DNA of 64,000 bases from Centroscyllium fabricii (Eukaryota), in the NCBI GenBank assembly GCA_051313645.2, contig JBNRSN020000014.1, positions 107,508,001 through 107,572,000 on the forward strand, written 5' to 3'. Below, in pieces: positions 47,301 to 59,742 of the stretch (position 1 is its first letter; every line of letters starts with the position of its first letter). The notes beneath the pieces are model-generated. The model saw only the letters and a program-made list of their open reading frames with translations, was not told where the DNA came from and searched no databases. The translations under genes and the position numbers were made by a program.

Positions 47301-48785
47301 CTGGCCGGTAAGCGTTTTACCCTGCTCACCGACCAACGGTCGGTGGCGTTTATGTTTAATAATAAACTACGGGGTAAAATCAAGAATGATAAGATCATGC
47401 GGTGGCGGATCGAACTCTCGACTTACGAGTACGACATTCTTTACCGACCAGGCAAACTCAACGAACCCCCGGACGCACTGTCCAGGGGAACGTGCGCCAG
47501 TGCCCAGCTAGACCGGCTGAAGGATCTCCATGACCGCCTCTGTCACCCGGCTGTCACCAGATTAGCCCATTTCGACAAATCACGTAGCCTCCCCTACTCC
47601 ATCACGGAGATCAAGGAGATGACCCGAGATTGCCCTGTCTGCGCCGAGTGCAAACCCCACTTTTTCCGGCCAGACACGGCGCACCTCATTAAGGCCACCC
47701 GCCCCTTTGAACGTCTCAGCGTGGACTTCAAAGGCCCCCTCCCCTCCACCGACCACAACTCATACTTCCTCACGGTAGTGGATGAGTTCTCCCGCTTCCC
47801 CTTCGCCTTCCCCTGCCCAGATATGACGAGCGCAATGGTGATCAAACACTTCACCACGCTGTTCGCCATCTTCGGTCTCCCCAGCTACATCCATAGCGAC
47901 CGGGGGTCATCGTTCATGAGCGATGAACTGCGCCAGTTTCTGCTCCAGAAAGGGGTTGCCACGAGCAGGACGACCAGTTATAACCCCCGGGGGAACGGCC
48001 TGGTAGAAAGGGAGAATGGGATCATTTGGAAGGCGGTCACCCTGGCTCTCAAGTCCAGAGGCCTTTCAGTGTCCCATTGGGAGGCAGTCCTCCCAGACGC
48101 GCTGCACTCTATCAGGTCATTATTATGTACTGCTACTAATGCCACCCCGCACGATCTTGTTTTTTCCTTCAACAGGAAGTCAACTTCGGGGACGGCGCTC
48201 CCACCATGGCTGACGACTCCGGGGCCGGTTTTCCTTAAGCGGCACATTCGGTGCCACAAGACGGACCCCCTGGTGGACAAGGTACAGCTCCTACACGCCA
48301 ACCCCCACTATGCCTTTGTGCAGTTCCCAGACGGGCGTGAGGACACCGTGTCCATCAGGGACCTGGCCCCGGCTGGAAACACCGCCACAGCGCCTCCTGC
48401 TGGCCAGCAGGTCGACCTACCACCAGACACAAGATGGGCCCCGAGTTTCCCCGCCGATGCACCAGACGATGAGGTCCAGCAGAACCCACCACGTCCAGAA
48501 CTTACAGCACCAACGGAGGCGGGCTATTCGACTATGGAGGCATCACCACCAACACCGGAACCCCGGCGGTCCGCAAGACAAACGCGACCGCCGGAGAGAC
48601 TGATTATGAACTGTTCCGTACATTCACCCCCCCCGGACTCAAAGTTTTTAAGAAGGGGTGAATGTGGTAACCCTTATATGGTTACCATTACCTTATATGG
48701 CTACCATTGTATAAGTGCCATTGTACTGCTGGGAGCCAGGTCAGCTACACCCTCGACTCCTCCCCAGGTGGGGACACCGATATAA
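44336..48785 (+). pseudogene. gag-pol of element C with frameshifts at about 45190 and 46470
   Basis: ORFs 44336-45376, 45160-46638 and 46485-48785 align with the single frame of element A; LLDTGS, YLDN, RNase H and integrase motifs present. Confidence 0.92.
45235..45755 (+). repeat. Two adjacent 45-bp in-frame arrays (6 plus 5 units)
   Basis: RLAACESRAPPARSP x6 then GPSMCEPRAAPFCTQ x5; the second array carries (g/a)ccat(c/t)ttg. Confidence 0.92.
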
Positions 48786-48919
48786 GGTGTGGCCAGACCC
48801 AGCCCCTTCATTCTTGTATGTGAACTTGTAAGGAGACTAGCTCCATTCTTTATCAATTAAAAGCCTTGTATTTCGGTACTTACGAGTCGCCTTTTAATTG
48901 AGTGAGCGACTACGCTACA

Positions 48920-49745
48920 GACACCACGGTGGTTGGCCAGATCACCAACAACAATGAGTCAGCCTACAGGGATGAGATCCAGCGCCTTGTGGGATGGTGT
49001 GCCGACAACAACCTGGCACTGAACACCAAGAAAACTAAGGAGATCATAGTGGACTTCCGGAGGACTGGAAGCAGAAGACACACCCCCATCTTCATCCAAG
49101 GGGCTGAGGTGGAAAGGGTGTCCAGCTTCAAGTTCCTCGGGGTCCACATCTCGGAAGATCTTTCCTGGTCACTAAACACCTCCTCTCTGGTTAAGAAGGC
49201 CCAACAGCGCCTGTACTTCCTAAGGAAGCTGAAGAAAGCCAGGCTGTCATCCGGCATCCTCTCCAACTTCTACCGCTGCACAATCGAAAGCATACTGACA
49301 AGCTGCATCACTGTCTGGTATGGAAATTGCACCATCTCGGACCGGAAGACCCTGCAGCGGGTAGTCAAAACTGCCCAACGAATCACCGGTACCCAGCTAC
49401 CGTCAATGGAAAGCATCTACCTCAAACGCTGCCTACGGAGGTCTCTGAACATTATTAAAGACCACACACACCCCAGCCACAGTCTGTTCGCCCCCCTGCC
49501 CTCCGGGAGACGCTACAGATCAATTCGCACCCGCACGACTAGATTTAAGAACAGCTTCTTCCCCAGGGCTGTCAGCATCCTGAACTCTAAATTCCGGTAC
49601 CTGCACACCTGAAAATGTACTTTACTGTATGCAATTTGCATGTAATTTATTTGCACTACTCTCGGGAGCGTCGAGTCTTCGTCTCGTTGTATTGTACTAG
49701 TACTCTGCAATGACAATAAAACATGAATTGAATTGAATTGAACTG
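48920..49745 (+). mobile_element. Rex1/Babar-like LINE, 5'-truncated RT C-terminus
   Basis: DTTVVG…NESAYR…LNTKKTKEIIVDFR…FKFLGVHI…FYRCTIESIL…LPSGRRYRS…NSFFP; aataaa plus (tgaat)n tail. Confidence 0.88.
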
Positions 49746-49779
49746 CTGCACTTGGAGGGCTAGCACAGTAAAGACTGTA

Positions 49780-50983
49780 GGGGGAATTTTAACACCCCAC
49801 ATTGGGCGGGACAGGGTTGGGAGGTTTATAAATAGAAAAATCACGTAACCCGATCCTAACTCGCCGCGTACGCGCCTGCTGCCATTTTTAACACGGTGGG
49901 TTGCTTGGTGTGTCTGTGTCCCACTCTTGGGAGTCAGGACCCTTTATTGAAATATTTAAATCAGGCTCCCACAGTGCAGTTGGGAGCTTGATTTAAATTT
50001 AACACTGGTCGGACGGGTTTCCCAGGGTCACCAAAATGGAAAAAGGAACAGGCAGATCAAGCAGGTATGTACTTTTTAGAGCACTGCTTGTGGGCCAGGA
50101 GGAACAGGAGAGCATCAGCCCGGTATCTCAAGCAGATCTCTCTGCCTCGATCAGACGACCTCCCTTCCAAGTCTGTCACCCCTCCCAATTGCTGATCCCA
50201 CTCCACCCCCCCAACTACTGCTCCGCGATCTCTCCCAGACCCCCTTCCCTCCCAATTGCCGACCCGCATCACCAACCTGCCATCTCTCCCGGTCCCTCCA
50301 GTCTCCCGATCACCGATCACCCTCACCAATCCGCCATCTCTCTCGGTCCCCCCTTCCTCCCGATTGTCGACCCCCCCCACTAACCCGCGAACTCTCCCGG
50401 ACCCTCCTCCCTCCCGATTGTCGCCCCCCCCCGTCACCAACCCACGATCTCACCCAGTCCCCACTACCTCTTTGTGGTGTATGTGCCTTTAAGGGTTTAT
50501 ACTGGGCACTACTTTGTGTAGTGCCATAATATTGCAGTACTGCGGTCTACCACAGGTGTATATAAGTTCGTGCGTGGAGCGATATGCTCAGTTCCAGACT
50601 CTGTAACGATTGAATAAACATCTCTTGGTTTCATACCTGGCAGTCTAGTCCGCTGTTATTATAGATCGATAGCGCGGACTCAACACTCTTGATTGCTGAA
50701 ATGATCACCTCCCCCCCCCACCTCCTCCCACCATTCCAACTACTGCTCCACAGTCTCTCCTAGTCCCCCTTTCCTCTCGATTGCTGATCTGACCCCGCTC
50801 GCCCCCTCCACCAAACCCCCATCCTTCCTGGTCCCCGGCTGCGACCTTCTACCACTGGCTTTCTCACCCGGCAGCCAGCCAGCCTGTCGATCTGGCCAGC
50901 GGGCGGGAAACAGAGTAAAAAAAATGGCAATGAGGTCCTGCCATTAAAATTCCCCCCCCCGCCTCCCCATAAATATCGGGGCC
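49780..50983. mobile_element. Harbinger-like non-autonomous element with C-rich degenerate tandem repeats (about 50150-50470 and 50690-50840)
   Basis: gggggaatttt start; internal palindrome atttaaatcaggctccc…gggagcttgatttaaat shared with about 54445-55050. Confidence 0.5.
50473..50685 (+). mobile_element. Solo LTR of a different family
   Basis: tgtggtg…tcaaca; TSD ctctt; TATA at about 50559 and aataaa at about 50613. Confidence 0.85.
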
Positions 50984-51448
50984 TGTGTGTGCAAGACTTA
51001 TAAAACTGCTCCGATGTGAGCTTTAAAGTAAGGAATTGAACCGCTTTTGTTCTTTTTTTCTACCGGCATTGCTCAGCCTAGCCCTGGCTACCAGAAATAA
51101 AACACAGGCTATAAATCAAGGGGGATTCCATATAACATCTTTTTACTTTTATAGAAAATCAGTTCCTCTGGTAACTGTGAAGCTTTGTTTAAGGTATGTA
51201 TTTAAAGCTGCTCCACGACTAAGAAATCATTTGGGTTTTTTTTCTTATTTAATTGATGGGACTTAAAGATGAAGATGGAAATGAACTTTCCAGCTGAAAA
51301 CGACAGAATAATCCAGGAGTCCCACCAGCTTTCACTCTTTGTAAGGCACATTTATTTAATTAGGTAAATAAAGATGCAACCTGTTTTCAAAATTTCTCCC
51401 CCGTTGAAAACTATTCCAGCTTTCTGTATTTCAATGGATGTGCAACTT

Positions 51449-51865
51449 AGAAACATAGAAACTTAGAAACATAGAAACTAGGAGCAGGAGTAGGCCATTC
51501 GGCCCTTCGAGCCTGCTCCACCATTCAATGAGATCATGGTTGATCATTCAATCCCAGTACCCCGTCCCTGCCCTCTCCCCATATCCCTCGATCCCTATCG
51601 AGCCTGCACTGACACATATCCCACCCTATCCCCGTAACCCCACATATTTAATCCATCTAACACTAAGGGTCAATTTATCATGGCCAATCAACCTAACCCG
51701 CACATCTTTGGACTGTGGGAGGAAACCGGAGCACCCGGAGGAAACCCACGCAGACACGGGGAGAATGTGCAAACTCCACACAGATAGTCACCCGAGGCTG
51801 GATTTGAACCCGGGTCTCCAGTGCTGTGAGACAACAGTGCTAACCACTTTGCCACCGTGCCGCCC
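51449..51865 (-). mobile_element. HE1-like V-SINE with CR1-derived tail
   Basis: Reverse complement of the 59085-59476 family. Confidence 0.88.
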
Positions 51866-51960
51866 ATACTTCTCCCATACTTGTGCTCGAGAAGGCTTAC
51901 TCCTCATAACACAAGTGCTGAGGAGTTCATATTTTCCTAAATGTCTTTTGTGCTGGTAGT

Positions 51961-52195
51961 TACATAGAAACATAGAAGATAGGAGCAGCAGTAGGCCATT
52001 CGGCCCTTCGAGCCTGCTCCGCCATTCAATGAGATCATGGCTGATCATCCAAACCCAGCACCCCGCCCCTGCCCTCTCCCATATCCCTATTGAGCCTGCA
52101 CCGACACATATTCCCACCCTACCCCCGTAACCCCCCTAACACTAAGGGTCAATTTATCCTGGCCAATCAACCTGACCCGCGCATCTTTGGACTGT
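51961..52195 (-). mobile_element. HE1-like SINE 3' half
   Basis: Direct similarity to about 51470-51715. Confidence 0.8.
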
Positions 52196-52381
52196 TGTCC
52201 TTAGCTATACTCTAGGAAATTCTATCTGCACGTTACATTGTGGCAGGTTAAACCAGCCGGGTTTGCGTTCCCCAGTTGCTCAGTGGACGTATTTGCTCGG
52301 CTACAGAGCCAGATAAACCTTGGCCAGTTAACTGGTGTCAACTGGGAGGCGGTGCAGTAACTACAATTCGCCTCAGGCCCT

Positions 52382-53412
52382 TCAAGATTCAAGATTCAAG
52401 ATTATTTTATTGCCATTTGTAACTGGTACAATGGAATGCTTACTCCTCACTCATTCTCACAGTATAAGTATAAATATAAAAAGCAAAGGTAAAAACAAAT
52501 ATAAATATAGAAATAGTAAGCAACTAAACAAATAAGCAAGCAAGTGCGGTTAGCAGTTCAGTAGGCGCACTGCCTATGAGTAGAAACTGTTCTTCAACCT
52601 GCTGGTCCTGGTTCGGATGCTGCGGTACCATCGGCCGGACCACAGGAGGGAGAACAGACCGTGCCCAGGGTGATTGGGGTCCTGGATGATGGAGCGGGCC
52701 TTAGTCCGACCCCTGGTCTGGAAGATCTCCTCGATAGACGGAAGTGCACACCTGATGATCTTTTCTGCCGTCCTCCTCTGGATGGCTTTCCTGTCCTGTG
52801 CAGTGGTGTTACTGTGGTGAGCCATTTAGTGTGGTTCACACTGTGTTATTATTGTATATAGTTTGTGCTAATAAATCTGTTCCTTTCTGTAAGGACCTGG
52901 ACCAGCTGACCCCGCCTCCGGGTATGAGTATAAAGGAGGATGCTCCGCCAACCTGACTCTCATTCCGGGCAGACTCATCGTGGACCAGGTCTAGTTCTTA
53001 GCTAATAAAAGCCTTCAATTACTCTTCACCAAAGACTGGCGTAATTGATTTGCGCATCAATTACCATACCACACAGTGACACCACCCGTCAGGATGCTCT
53101 CTATGGTGCCGCGGTAAAAGTTCACAAGCCACTGTGTGCTTATGCCGCATTTCCTCAGGCACCGTAGAGGGTAGAGGCACTGGTGTGCCTTCTTCAGCAT
53201 GTAAGAAATCACACAACACCAGGTTATAGTCCACCAGTTTTATTTGAAATCACAACTTTTGGAGCGCAGCTCCTTCATCAGGTGCATGTAAAGAGATTCA
53301 TTTAAACACAGCATTTATATAGAGGGAGAGAACAATGTGGTCTCTCCAACTGTTCAACATCACACCTCAGCAGAGAGACATCAAAGCCTTCAGCATGGCC
53401 TCAGCATGGCCT
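52382..53412 (-). mobile_element. Rex1-like LINE fragment interrupted by a solo LTR and a Penelope fragment (about 53198-53385, with a hammerhead motif at about 53250-53284)
   Basis: TAQDRKAIQR…HPGHGLFS…RLKNSFY; tail (tcaagat)n on +; ggagcgcagctccttcatcaggtg. Confidence 0.78.
52813..53059 (+). mobile_element. Solo Gypsy LTR (another family with aataaaagcc)
   Basis: tgtggtg…gcgcatca; TSD gttac/attac; tataaa at about 52930. Confidence 0.82.
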
Positions 53413-53486
53413 TCCGCTAAAGAGGGAAAGATGGGAAGGCTTTCATGCCCCTGATTGCTATTGAGTGATTCTCACTTGTAACAAAT

Positions 53487-53880
53487 AATTCAAATTCAAA
53501 TTCAAATTCAAATAGCTTTATTGGCATGAATGGTATCAACCTTTGTTGCCAAAGCATTTTAACATACATAGAAATACATTTATAACATATATATAAAATA
53601 CATTATTAGACGTAATAACAACAGTACTAACAGAGTATATACAGCCGCATCCGTAGTAATATCAGTAGATATATAGCTTAAATGCAGTTTCAATCAATAT
53701 CACAGTCAATGTTGGTCATTTTCTGCCTGTGTGTGTGTGCATGTGTGCATGTTGGTCAGTCATTGTCCCTCAGGTTGTGGCATGCATGGACATTGAGTGG
53801 GTACAGGATTGCCCATGGTTGCGGTACTCCCGTGGTTGAGCGGCCTACCTTCTCTTGGTCTCGGCTTACAAATAACGCAT
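53487..53880 (-). mobile_element. Non-LTR retrotransposon 3' end, same tail family as 28272-28465
   Basis: (ttcaaa)n tagctttattggcatgaatggtatc. Confidence 0.6.
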
Positions 53881-55540
53881 CTGGTTATTTTATCGTTTGA
53901 CAGGCAGGGGAGGGGCAGAAGGCCAAAAGAGGGGAGAATTTTTCTTTAAAACTTAAAAGTGTGAGGAGAGAAATACAAAGTATAGATGTTGAATAAGATT
54001 GACAGTGCAAGATTGCTGTGGTAATTTAAAAAATTTAGTGAGTGATAGCAATGTCTCTTGCCTTATTAGAGGGTATTTTTCCAGACAATTGCACTGACTA
54101 ATGAGGAAAATAACCTTGTGAAATGAAACTAAGGAAAAAGCAATTTTAATCATTTATTCTTAAGATTATAAAATGCAGAAAGTGAAAGAGCTGGCTCAGT
54201 TCCATGTCTAACATCATTTGAGTGGCAAAAAAAAAATCACATTATAATGTGATATGAATCTCATGAATCACACCCAAAATTTACAGATTACATCAGGAAA
54301 TCGAAGTAAAATAATGGTGTTATCGATTAATCTGGTGAATAGAAGATTATACCCATGTGATATGAGCAGTAAAAACCATGCAGGTGTCAGTATTAAAAAT
54401 TCCACATATAAAACGCTATTGTAGATTGCATAGCCTCGTTATTAACCCCCCCACGACGAGCAGAAGAGGGTTGGGGGTTAGAAAGTGGAATGTGTGGAAC
54501 AAGACCACAACTCACCGAGTACACGCTCGCTGCCATTTTTACTGTTGCGGTTATTGGTGCGCCCGTGGTGAGGTGGGACACTTAATTAACAGATTTAAAT
54601 CAGGCTCCGAGAGTGTAATTGGGAGCCTGATTTGGTTAACTGCTGCCGCACGGGTTTCCCAGGCGACGGTAAACTCGGCAGTGAAACGGAGGAGGGTGCT
54701 GCTGGCTCCCCCAAGGTAAGTGGCTGTTTCAGCACCCCTTGTGGAGCAGCAGCACCCAGCCCCGATCGCCAGCCTCTCACCCCGTTCCCTATCACAGGCT
54801 TCTTCCCCCACGTCCCCACCCCCCCGATTACTGGGCACTGTCCTCAGGGGCCCCCGACTGCAGCCTCATACTGCTAGTGTTTCCTTCCACCCGTCGGCCA
54901 GGCTGTCCATTTGGCCAGCTTCCAGGTGGAAGACAGAACTACAAGGTATTGATGAGGTCCTGTCATTAAAATCGGCAGGAGTTCCGTGGCCCCAGGCAAG
55001 CCTAGTTTTTCGGCCTTACCCGCACCATCTCCGCAAATGTCGGGGTCAATGTTGTACCCTTATTTCACATTCCCTGTGGTGATTTGGGCCATTGGAGCCA
55101 ATAGGATCGTAATAATTTACAGCACAGAAGGCGGCTATTTGGCCCATTGTACCTGTTCTGGATCTTTGCTAGAGGAATACAAAACTATTCCCACTGCCCC
55201 AATCGTTCCCCGTATCTTCCATTTCTTCAAATATTTATCCAATTCTACCTCAGTCACTTTCTGTGCTTAGTCATTCCATGACCCAGCAACTCAATGCGTA
55301 AATAAATTTCCCCTAACCTCTCTCCTCACACTCAATAACAATTTTAAATTGATGACCCTCTCCATTGTCACTGACTGAAGTCTTTCCCCATTCACTTAGC
55401 AAGACCCTTCTTGAAATCTTTTGCAGATCCTCTCACTTTGCCAAACTTCCTAATTTTGTGTTGTCAGCAAAGTTGAGACTGTACTCGTTATACCTAAGTC
55501 CAAATCATCTATATATACTCAGTGCAATAATGTACCCACT

Positions 55541-56177
55541 TCTTTTTCTTCTTAGGCAGTCCCTCGGAACCAAGGATGACTTGCTTTCACATTAAAAATG
55601 AGTTCTCAGGTGACTGATGAGTCCAATGCGGGACCTACAGTCTCCGTCACAGGTGGGGCAGACGGTGGTTGAAGGGGCGGGTGGGTGGGGTGCTTGGGTT
55701 GACGTATGCTCCTTGCGCTGCCTGCGCTTGGCTTCCGCTTGCTCCCGGCGAAGAGACTCGAGGTGTTCGGCGCCTTCCTGGATGCTTCTCCTCCATTTTG
55801 TGCGGTCTTGGGCCAGGGATTCCCAGGTGTCAGTGGGGATGTTACACTTTTCCAAGGAGGCATTGAGGGTGTCCTTGAAGCGTTTCCTCTGCCCACCTGG
55901 AGCCCTCTTGCCGTGCCGGAGCTCTGAGTAGAGCACTTGTTTTGGGAGTCTCGTATTAGGCATGCGGACAATGTGACCCATCCATCGAAGCTGATCGAAC
56001 ATGGTCAAAGCTTCGATGCTGGGGATGTTGGCCTGAGCAAGAACACTGACGTTGGTGCGCCCATCCTGCCAATGGATTTGCAGGAACTTGCGGAGGCAGC
56101 ATTGGTGGTACCACTCCAGTGCTTTGAGGTGCCTGCTGTACATGGTCCATGTTTCTGAGGCATACAGCAGGGAGCCC
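55541..56177 (-). mobile_element. RTE-clade (BovB-like) LINE 3' fragment inside an old CR1 (about 55100-56470)
   Basis: ORF 55592-56143: QLRWMGHIVRM…RLPKQVLYSEL…GGQRKRFKD…CPTC…HLRTH; (aag)n tail; TSD tacccact. Confidence 0.9.
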
Positions 56178-58294
56178 TACCCACTACTGACCCTTAGGAC
56201 ATACCACTTCCAACCTTTCCAACTTGAACAAAAGCCATTTACCCCAACACTTTGTTTCCATTAACCAACTGTCTATCCATGTTGCTGCATTTCTTCTCAT
56301 ACCATATGGCAGGAGTTTTTGAGCAAGCCTCCTGTTAGAAATCTTAGCGAACACCATCTGAAATTCCATATACACTGCATCTATTGCAATCCCTGTATCA
56401 ATCCAATCACTAATTTCTTCAAAAAAATTCTAGTAAATTTGTCAAACTTGACTTGTCTAAAACAAATTCATAGGGGGGGAATTTCATGTCCATGTGAGGC
56501 GGGGTTTTAGGCGGCCCGGCCGGCAAAATAGCGGAACCGACAGGTCCCGCCCATCCCACATGGGAGCACAGCGCTGGTTATTACTGTTGGACTATAACCT
56601 GGTGTTGTGTGACTTCTTGCATTTATTACTTTCTCCTTCAAGGTGTGAAGGACATGCTGCCAAATACAGCCTTGAATCTCAGCCTGGAGCAACAAGTATA
56701 TCAAATCTGCTGGAAAGAACAATGGAGAGACCCAGGGAAAGAGCTGAGAGTGCAGCCCCCACATTCTCTTCTAAATTGATACAAGGAAGGGCAAATCAAA
56801 ATGAACCTGCAAAGTGCTGCTCAGTACCCAAAACTCCTTCACACAGCATTGAATCTCTCCAGAAGTCTCTCTCTCTCAGAATGCGTGGTGCAAAAATGTC
56901 ACCAACAAAAAAAGGCACGAAGCAGTCACCTTTAAATAGCGCACCCCCAGTCCCTTTCTGACTGCAAAATGCTCCCCTCAACTTATCATTGTTAGCGGCA
57001 GGCAGTAAGGCAGGGGGCGCCACTCAATATGCGGTCTGGGGGTCACCATCTGCCGGCGCAGGAGATCGTGACGGTAGTGTTTAGTGGCGCTGCAAAATGC
57101 CTCGTCAATTTTGAGAGCGGCGCAAAAATCACTGCGCCCGTGCGCTAGCTGCTTTGCACCCCCATTAGCGCCCTCTTAAGGTGCTAACAGGAGGCACAAC
57201 CAACTGAATTTTTCCCCCTTAGAGTCTCGGCGGCTGAAGGCACAGCCACCAATGGTGGGGCTAATATTCAAAAGATCAAAAGAATCAATTTTCTGATGCA
57301 TCGTCTGAGGAGATCCTTATATGAGTAGGACAGAAAGGAAAAAGTGGATAGCAGGACACTCATTTTATTTCTCTGTCCTTTACACTCCAGAGGAACTGGA
57401 AGCAGGAAAGAAAAATGTGAACGAGAAAGTGACCCAATGGCGACACCCTCAACAGCTAGGACACCCATCAGAACTTTACCCGTAACATCATTCACCCTCT
57501 CACTCACACTCGCCAGCCTAAATAGAGCTACTCAGGGTTAATTAGATTGTTTCAATCAGGAGTGGACGCTCGCTGCTGCATGGCACACAGCAGAGCCAGA
57601 GGGAGAAGTAATAGAAGTGGAGAAGAATGTTTGTGAGTGGAAGCCAAGAAAAAGCCAACCCCTGGCGAAAAAGCATTAGACAGGGCCCTGCCTTGAAAAG
57701 AAATGGTACAAAACTCACTTGAAAGCACTGCAAAACCATCTCTGAAAATATGCAGCAGATAGCAGAGTCCAATGCCATCCTTTGTGGCAGCAATACAGAG
57801 GCTTTTTCAACAATGCAGAGAAGCCTAGAGAGTGGCAGCTGCAGGAAGCTATAACCACAAAACAAAGAACTGGAGGCAAGTCATCAGCTCCATTGTACAA
57901 GCTTTGATTAGTGGCATTCAGGCCTTGGGTGGTGGAAGGAAGTATTTGTGAGAGCAATATCTTCCAGATGCTGAGATCGCCAGGGTACCATTTGAGAGGG
58001 TTTGTAAGATATTCACTGTATTCTGTCCCAGAGATGAAGGGATATTAGTTCCGAGTGAGAGAGTAGAAGATGGCTCTAAGGATTCTGCCTTCCCTTAGAA
58101 GAGCATCACCACAGAGCTCTCTGCTCAGTCCTCTCTGATGCTTTCACAGGTGGAAAGAATCAACTGGTCAAGGCTGTGGGAATTCCAAACCCAAAGAAGC
58201 AGTCTGTCAATGATCTTTCCCAGGAGTCAGCAGCCCTGAGAGGAGGCCCACTTCTGTTCTAAGAGGTTCATAGTCATAAACAGTAGCAGTCCAT

Positions 58295-59017
58295 GGGGGG
58301 GACTTTGCCGGGCGTGCGGGAACCTGGTGGGGATTGGTCGGGGCGGCTTCCTGTCCCGCCCGCCCAAACACCTGGGAAGCCCACGCAATTTTAATTTAAT
58401 TGGGTTGTTAAATCCCCGCCGGCAGCAGCGGGTGGTAATTAATTCAATCCAGTCGGGCTGCAGTGGGGCTGCGAGGAGTTTGAATGACAGTTCCAGCACT
58501 GGTTATTGACAGTTCCCATGGAAACATTCCACTGTGACATCACAGTCGAGTGGAACCAATGGGAAAGGTCAAATGCTGGTGACTGACAGGTGGGCGGGCG
58601 GGCTCCGAATCCTTGACAGCTCGCACCGGCTGTGAGCAAATGTGCAAAGCTGAGATTTCTCTGTTTTTGCTCCAAGCATTTGGCAGCATGTCCTTCACAC
58701 CTTGAAGGAGAAAGTAATCACCAGCGTTGTGCTCCCACTGGGTTTCACCCAGCGGGGTTTAAGGTGATGGGGTTAGGGTGGGAAACAGCTCAAAATGGCT
58801 GAGGGCCCTTAAAATGGCATTACACATGCCAATTAAGGGCCCTTAACGAGGTGACAACCCATCCCCGCCGGCCGGCGGTGGCAAGGTTTCGGGCGGGGAA
58901 TCAGGGCGGGGGAAAATGATAAAGCGGCAATGGAGGGGGGTCGCGACCCACTGGTTCCGCTATTTTGCCGGCCAAGCCGCCGAAAACCCCGCCTCATGGG
59001 GACATGAAATTCCCCCC
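58295..59017. mobile_element. Harbinger-type MITE; an inverted, deleted copy of its right end lies at about 56473-56670
   Basis: TSD CAT; shares blocks with 19235-20140. Confidence 0.72.
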
Positions 59018-59084
59018 CATTATTTCAAACCCCAGACCCTCAGGTGGCACTTCGAAGTGTAAGAGTAGGACTGAGGATAAATAA

Positions 59085-59476
59085 GGGCGGCACGGTGGCA
59101 TAGTGGTTAGCACTGTTGCCTCACAGCACTAGAGACCCGGGTTCAAATCTGGCCTCGGGTACTATCTGTGTGGAGTTTGCACATTCTCCCCGTGTCTGCG
59201 TGGGTCCTCTGGTTTCCTCCCACAGTCCAAAGATGTGCGGGTTAGGTTGATTGGCCATGATAAATTGACCCTTAGTGTTAGGGGGATTGAATATGTGGGG
59301 TTACAGGGATAGGGTGGGATATGTGTTGGTGCAGGCTCGATAGGGATCAAGGGATATGGGGACAAGGCAGGGACAGGGTACTAGGTTTGGATGACCAGCC
59401 ATGATCTCATTGAATGGCGGAACAGACTCGAAGGGCCGAATGGCCTATTCCTGCTCCTATCTTCTATGTTTCTATG
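59085..59476 (+). mobile_element. Full-length HE1-like V-SINE
   Basis: A and B boxes, V-domain-like core, CR1-type tail (ctatgtttctatg). Confidence 0.9.
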
Positions 59477-59742
59477 AACTCACAAAATGGGGGGATTTTG
59501 CCAGAATGACGGGGAATTGGCGGTGATTGGTGGGGGAGGGTTTTGGTCCCGCCCACTAAAGTGCCTGCGTTTCCCACATTATTTTAGCCTAAGTACCCAA
59601 TTAAAACCCCTCCTGTGGGAAGCCTTCTCAATCACCGATTTCCAGTCAGAAAGTCGCAGAATATGATGTCAGCATTCCCCTTTCTTTTAATGAACACGGC
59701 TCACCTCCCGCACTGCTCAGCATTCTGCAAGCCTTCACCAGG

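Larger units (their letters stand above)
44058..48919 (+). mobile_element. Full-length Ty3/Gypsy LTR retrotransposon C (frameshifted)
   Basis: 257-bp LTRs at 44058-44314 and 48663-48919 with about 9 differences counted by eye. Perfect TSD gacac. PPT aagaaggggtgaa at about 48650-48662. Confidence 0.97.
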
